From the human T2T-CHM13v2.0 reference genome, Homo sapiens, in the NCBI RefSeq assembly GCF_009914755.1, contig NC_060928.1: a stretch of DNA of 64,000 nt, one strand, 5' to 3'. The notes under the pieces were generated by a model, which saw only the letters and a program-made list of their open reading frames with translations, had not been told where the DNA came from and ran no database searches. Positions 61,287 to 64,000 of this stretch are shown here, piece after piece; the stretch's first letter is position 1; every line of letters begins with the position of its first letter. A program made the translations under genes and the position numbers.

Positions 61287-62581
61287 GAGCATCATTTTGG
61301 CAACTCCACTCTGGCAGCAGTGGATTGAAAGGCTGGAATGAAATAAAAAGGAATGAGAAGAGAAGGTATGCATTTCAGTATTTCAGAGAGAATGGAAAAG
61401 GGCTCAGAGAAATAACTCAAGAAAATGCTACAATCTGAATCTAGGCAGCCCCATGAATAAAATGGAGATGGCCACACGAATAAGTTTTCATACAGTGATC
61501 CTTTTTCCTGTTCCTGTTCTTTTTTATTCATGTAAAGTTCTGAAAACTGTTGCCCATGGTAACATTCAGTGGAAAGCTGACCAGTATTTAGACACATCTA
61601 TCAGATCAAACGTTGATGAAAAAGCCCTGTATCTTTCTTTTTTCTAGAGTCAGTTCTAAATATAGACAGGATGGGCTCCTTAGAGCAATAGAAGTGACTA
61701 ACATTGAGTTGCAGTATTGACAATGTCCTTTTCTCCCCTAAATACAAGCAAATTTGAAATAAAAAATAGGATAACCCCAAAGAGATAAGTGTTTTAAGCA
61801 TGCCAGATATTTTCCAGTTTTTGTTGTATTTTAGAGTGTTGATCTCGCACTTTCTGCCATGAGAGCAGGATGTTCAGTAAAAAGAGGAATTAGCAATCAA
61901 AGGAAGCACTGGTCTTAAAGAAGCTTTAATGCATTTGAGTAAGAGATATTACTTTCTAGAGTAAACTTTAGAAATAGGTCCAGTATACATTGTCATAGCT
62001 GATTGAGAAAATTTTCTAAAGACTCAGTCTTAGAAGGCAGCACATACCTCACCCTATTTATAAAATTTCTTTCAATTTTATAAATGTTAAGGTAATATCC
62101 TATTACTTCAGAACACTTGGAAAATACAGAGAAAAAAACACAAGGTGTTTTACTCATGATGTAATCTGTTCATGCAACTACTGTTAACATGTTTTTAAAT
62201 TTTTTTCTTTAGAATATTATTTACTTAAACACAACTAAGTAAAATTTTTTACACTCTGTGTCTTTGCTTAGATAAGTCTTCCCTGACTTTCAATTTGTAA
62301 TTTTATCCCTTCCCTGTCCCCACTATTCTTTTTCCCTAGCATGTTTGTTTTTGCTTTGTAGAACTTAACACAATTTTTAACAGTGGTTGTACATTTTTTA
62401 TGCCAGTTTTTCACATAAGGACAGAATCACAGTTGTGTTTTGCAATATTGCCTACCCAACAGGAGGCAAGTTGTTGGCATATAGCATGCACAGAAGGTAG
62501 ACGACTAAAGTTTTCAGGCATTGTGGTGCAGTGGTTTAAAGCAGCAGGCTCTGCAGCCTGGCTTCCTGGATTTGAACCCTT

Positions 62582-63075
62582 TGAGAAAGGCAGAATACTG
62601 GCCTCCCAAAGATGTCCACATCCTAATTCCCAGAGCCTCTAAATATGTTACCTTACATAATACAAATAACTTTGTGAGTGTGACTAAGTTAACTATCTCA
62701 AGATGAGGAAATCTTCTTAGGATATCTGATGGGTCCAGACAAATCACAGGGGTCCTTATAAGTGGGAGGCAAGTGGGGCAGGGTCAGAAAAAGGTGATAT
62801 AATCCTGGAAGCAGAGAGAGAGCAAGATACTGGAAGGGGCCATGCTGCTGACTTTGAAGATAGAGGATAAGGCCACAAGCCAAGGAATGTAGGTGACTGC
62901 TAAGAATCTGGAAAAGATAAGGACAAAGATTCTACCCTGGAGTCTCCATAAGAAACCAGCCCTGCTAGCTTATTTTAGACTTCTGACCTCCAGAACTGTA
63001 ACAGAATAAATCTGTGTTGTTTAAGGCACTATGCATGTGGTCATTTGTTCCAGCAGCAATAGGAAATTAATATGC
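62582..63075 (+). mobile_element. MLT1D-like LTR inserted in a MIR (MIR pieces ~62515-62580 and ~63080-63260)
   Basis: CCCAAAGATGTCCACATCCTAAT...TCTGACCTCCAGAACTGTAA...CAGCAATAGGAAA. Confidence 0.85.
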
Positions 63076-63749
63076 CTGCTTTGCATATGAATCGTCTCAG
63101 CAGTTCAATCATTCTCTCTGTGCATCAGTTTCCTCATCTGTAAAATGAAGAAGAAAGTGGCACCTGCCTCACAGCATAGTTTAAGTCCATAAATACTGCA
63201 AAGCATGTAGAACAGTGCTTGGTATGTCCCATGTTATCAATAAATATTAATTGCTGTTGAAAGTATATATTATCAAACAAACAAAATGACAGTCAGTTAC
63301 TCCTTTCTAATTCTTTAATTTACCAATGCAATCTATCGGTGTTAAATTTCTCAATCTTTCTTACTTAGTTGATGAATAGGGTGTGTGTGAGTGTGTGTGT
63401 GTGTCTTTCTTGGTATCACAGTTTTTAATTTGACTGTTTAGTTCATCTGCTGGGAGGAGGAAGAGCCCTTAGTCATCTTTGTTCTGTGGTTCACCTTTAG
63501 CCGCCCACTCCTTGCCCACATTGGAGGTCACGGTTGACCCTATACCAGCTCCTAAGGCCACCTGCTTATCAGCCGAGGAATCTTCTCTAGTCAACCTCAC
63601 ATTCTTTGCATTTGGGAGGAAGAAAAAGGTGATTGCTTTTATTGGCCTACATCTGGATTCCCTCTTTCTCTCTGCCTTGCTTTTCAGTTACCTCATCCTC
63701 AGTTTTAAGAATCTGCCCAGCCCTTCAAGATGATGCTTTGTGTTGTCCC

Positions 63750-64000
63750 CGTCTCCATCAGTTTGGGTTGCCGTAACAAAAATATCACAGAATCGGCAGT
63801 TTAAACAATAGAAATTTATTTCTCACACTTCTGGGGACTGGGAAGCCCAAAGCCAAGGTGCTGGAAAATTCTGTGTCTGGTGAGGGCCTGCTTCCTGTCT
63901 TGTAGACAGCCATCTTCTTGCAGAGAGGAAGAGAGAGCAATCCTGTGTTTCTTCTTTTTTAAATAAGGGCTTCAATCCCATCCTGAGGGCCCCACCCTCA
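63750..64000 (-). mobile_element. MLT1A-like LTR, cut by the window end
   Basis: AGAAATTTATTTCTCACACTTCTGG...TCTGGTGAGGGCCTGCTTCCTG. Confidence 0.8.

Overview
Primate, almost certainly human, repeat-rich DNA that looks intergenic or intronic. I found no convincing host protein-coding exon, tRNA, rRNA or CRISPR array. The window opens inside a young L1HS Ta-1 LINE-1 (1-5080, +). ORF1 is cut by the window edge, ORF2 is an uninterrupted 1275 aa, and the poly(A) tail is split by a 19-nt non-L1 spacer. The rest is Alus, old L1M/L2/MIR fragments, MaLR and ERV LTRs, and DNA-transposon relics. Four structures are not explained by that catalogue. (1) A ~550-bp non-coding module is present as two diverged direct copies (35.1-35.7 kb, 42.9-43.4 kb), with a probable third core at 49.75 kb; TCF/LEF and homeodomain-like motifs are kept. 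(2) A single TSD-bounded insertion at 38.67-40.42 kb combines a twin-primed 5'-inverted L1PA with a ~620-bp apparent 3' transduction. (3) A 4x47-bp VNTR multiplies an LTR's AGTAAA signal. (4) A ~100-bp copy of an Alu-flank junction lies 2.4 kb from its source. Repeat subfamily calls come from remembered consensus motifs, not database searches. I cannot show a new biological system from sequence alone; the duplicated module is the best candidate.
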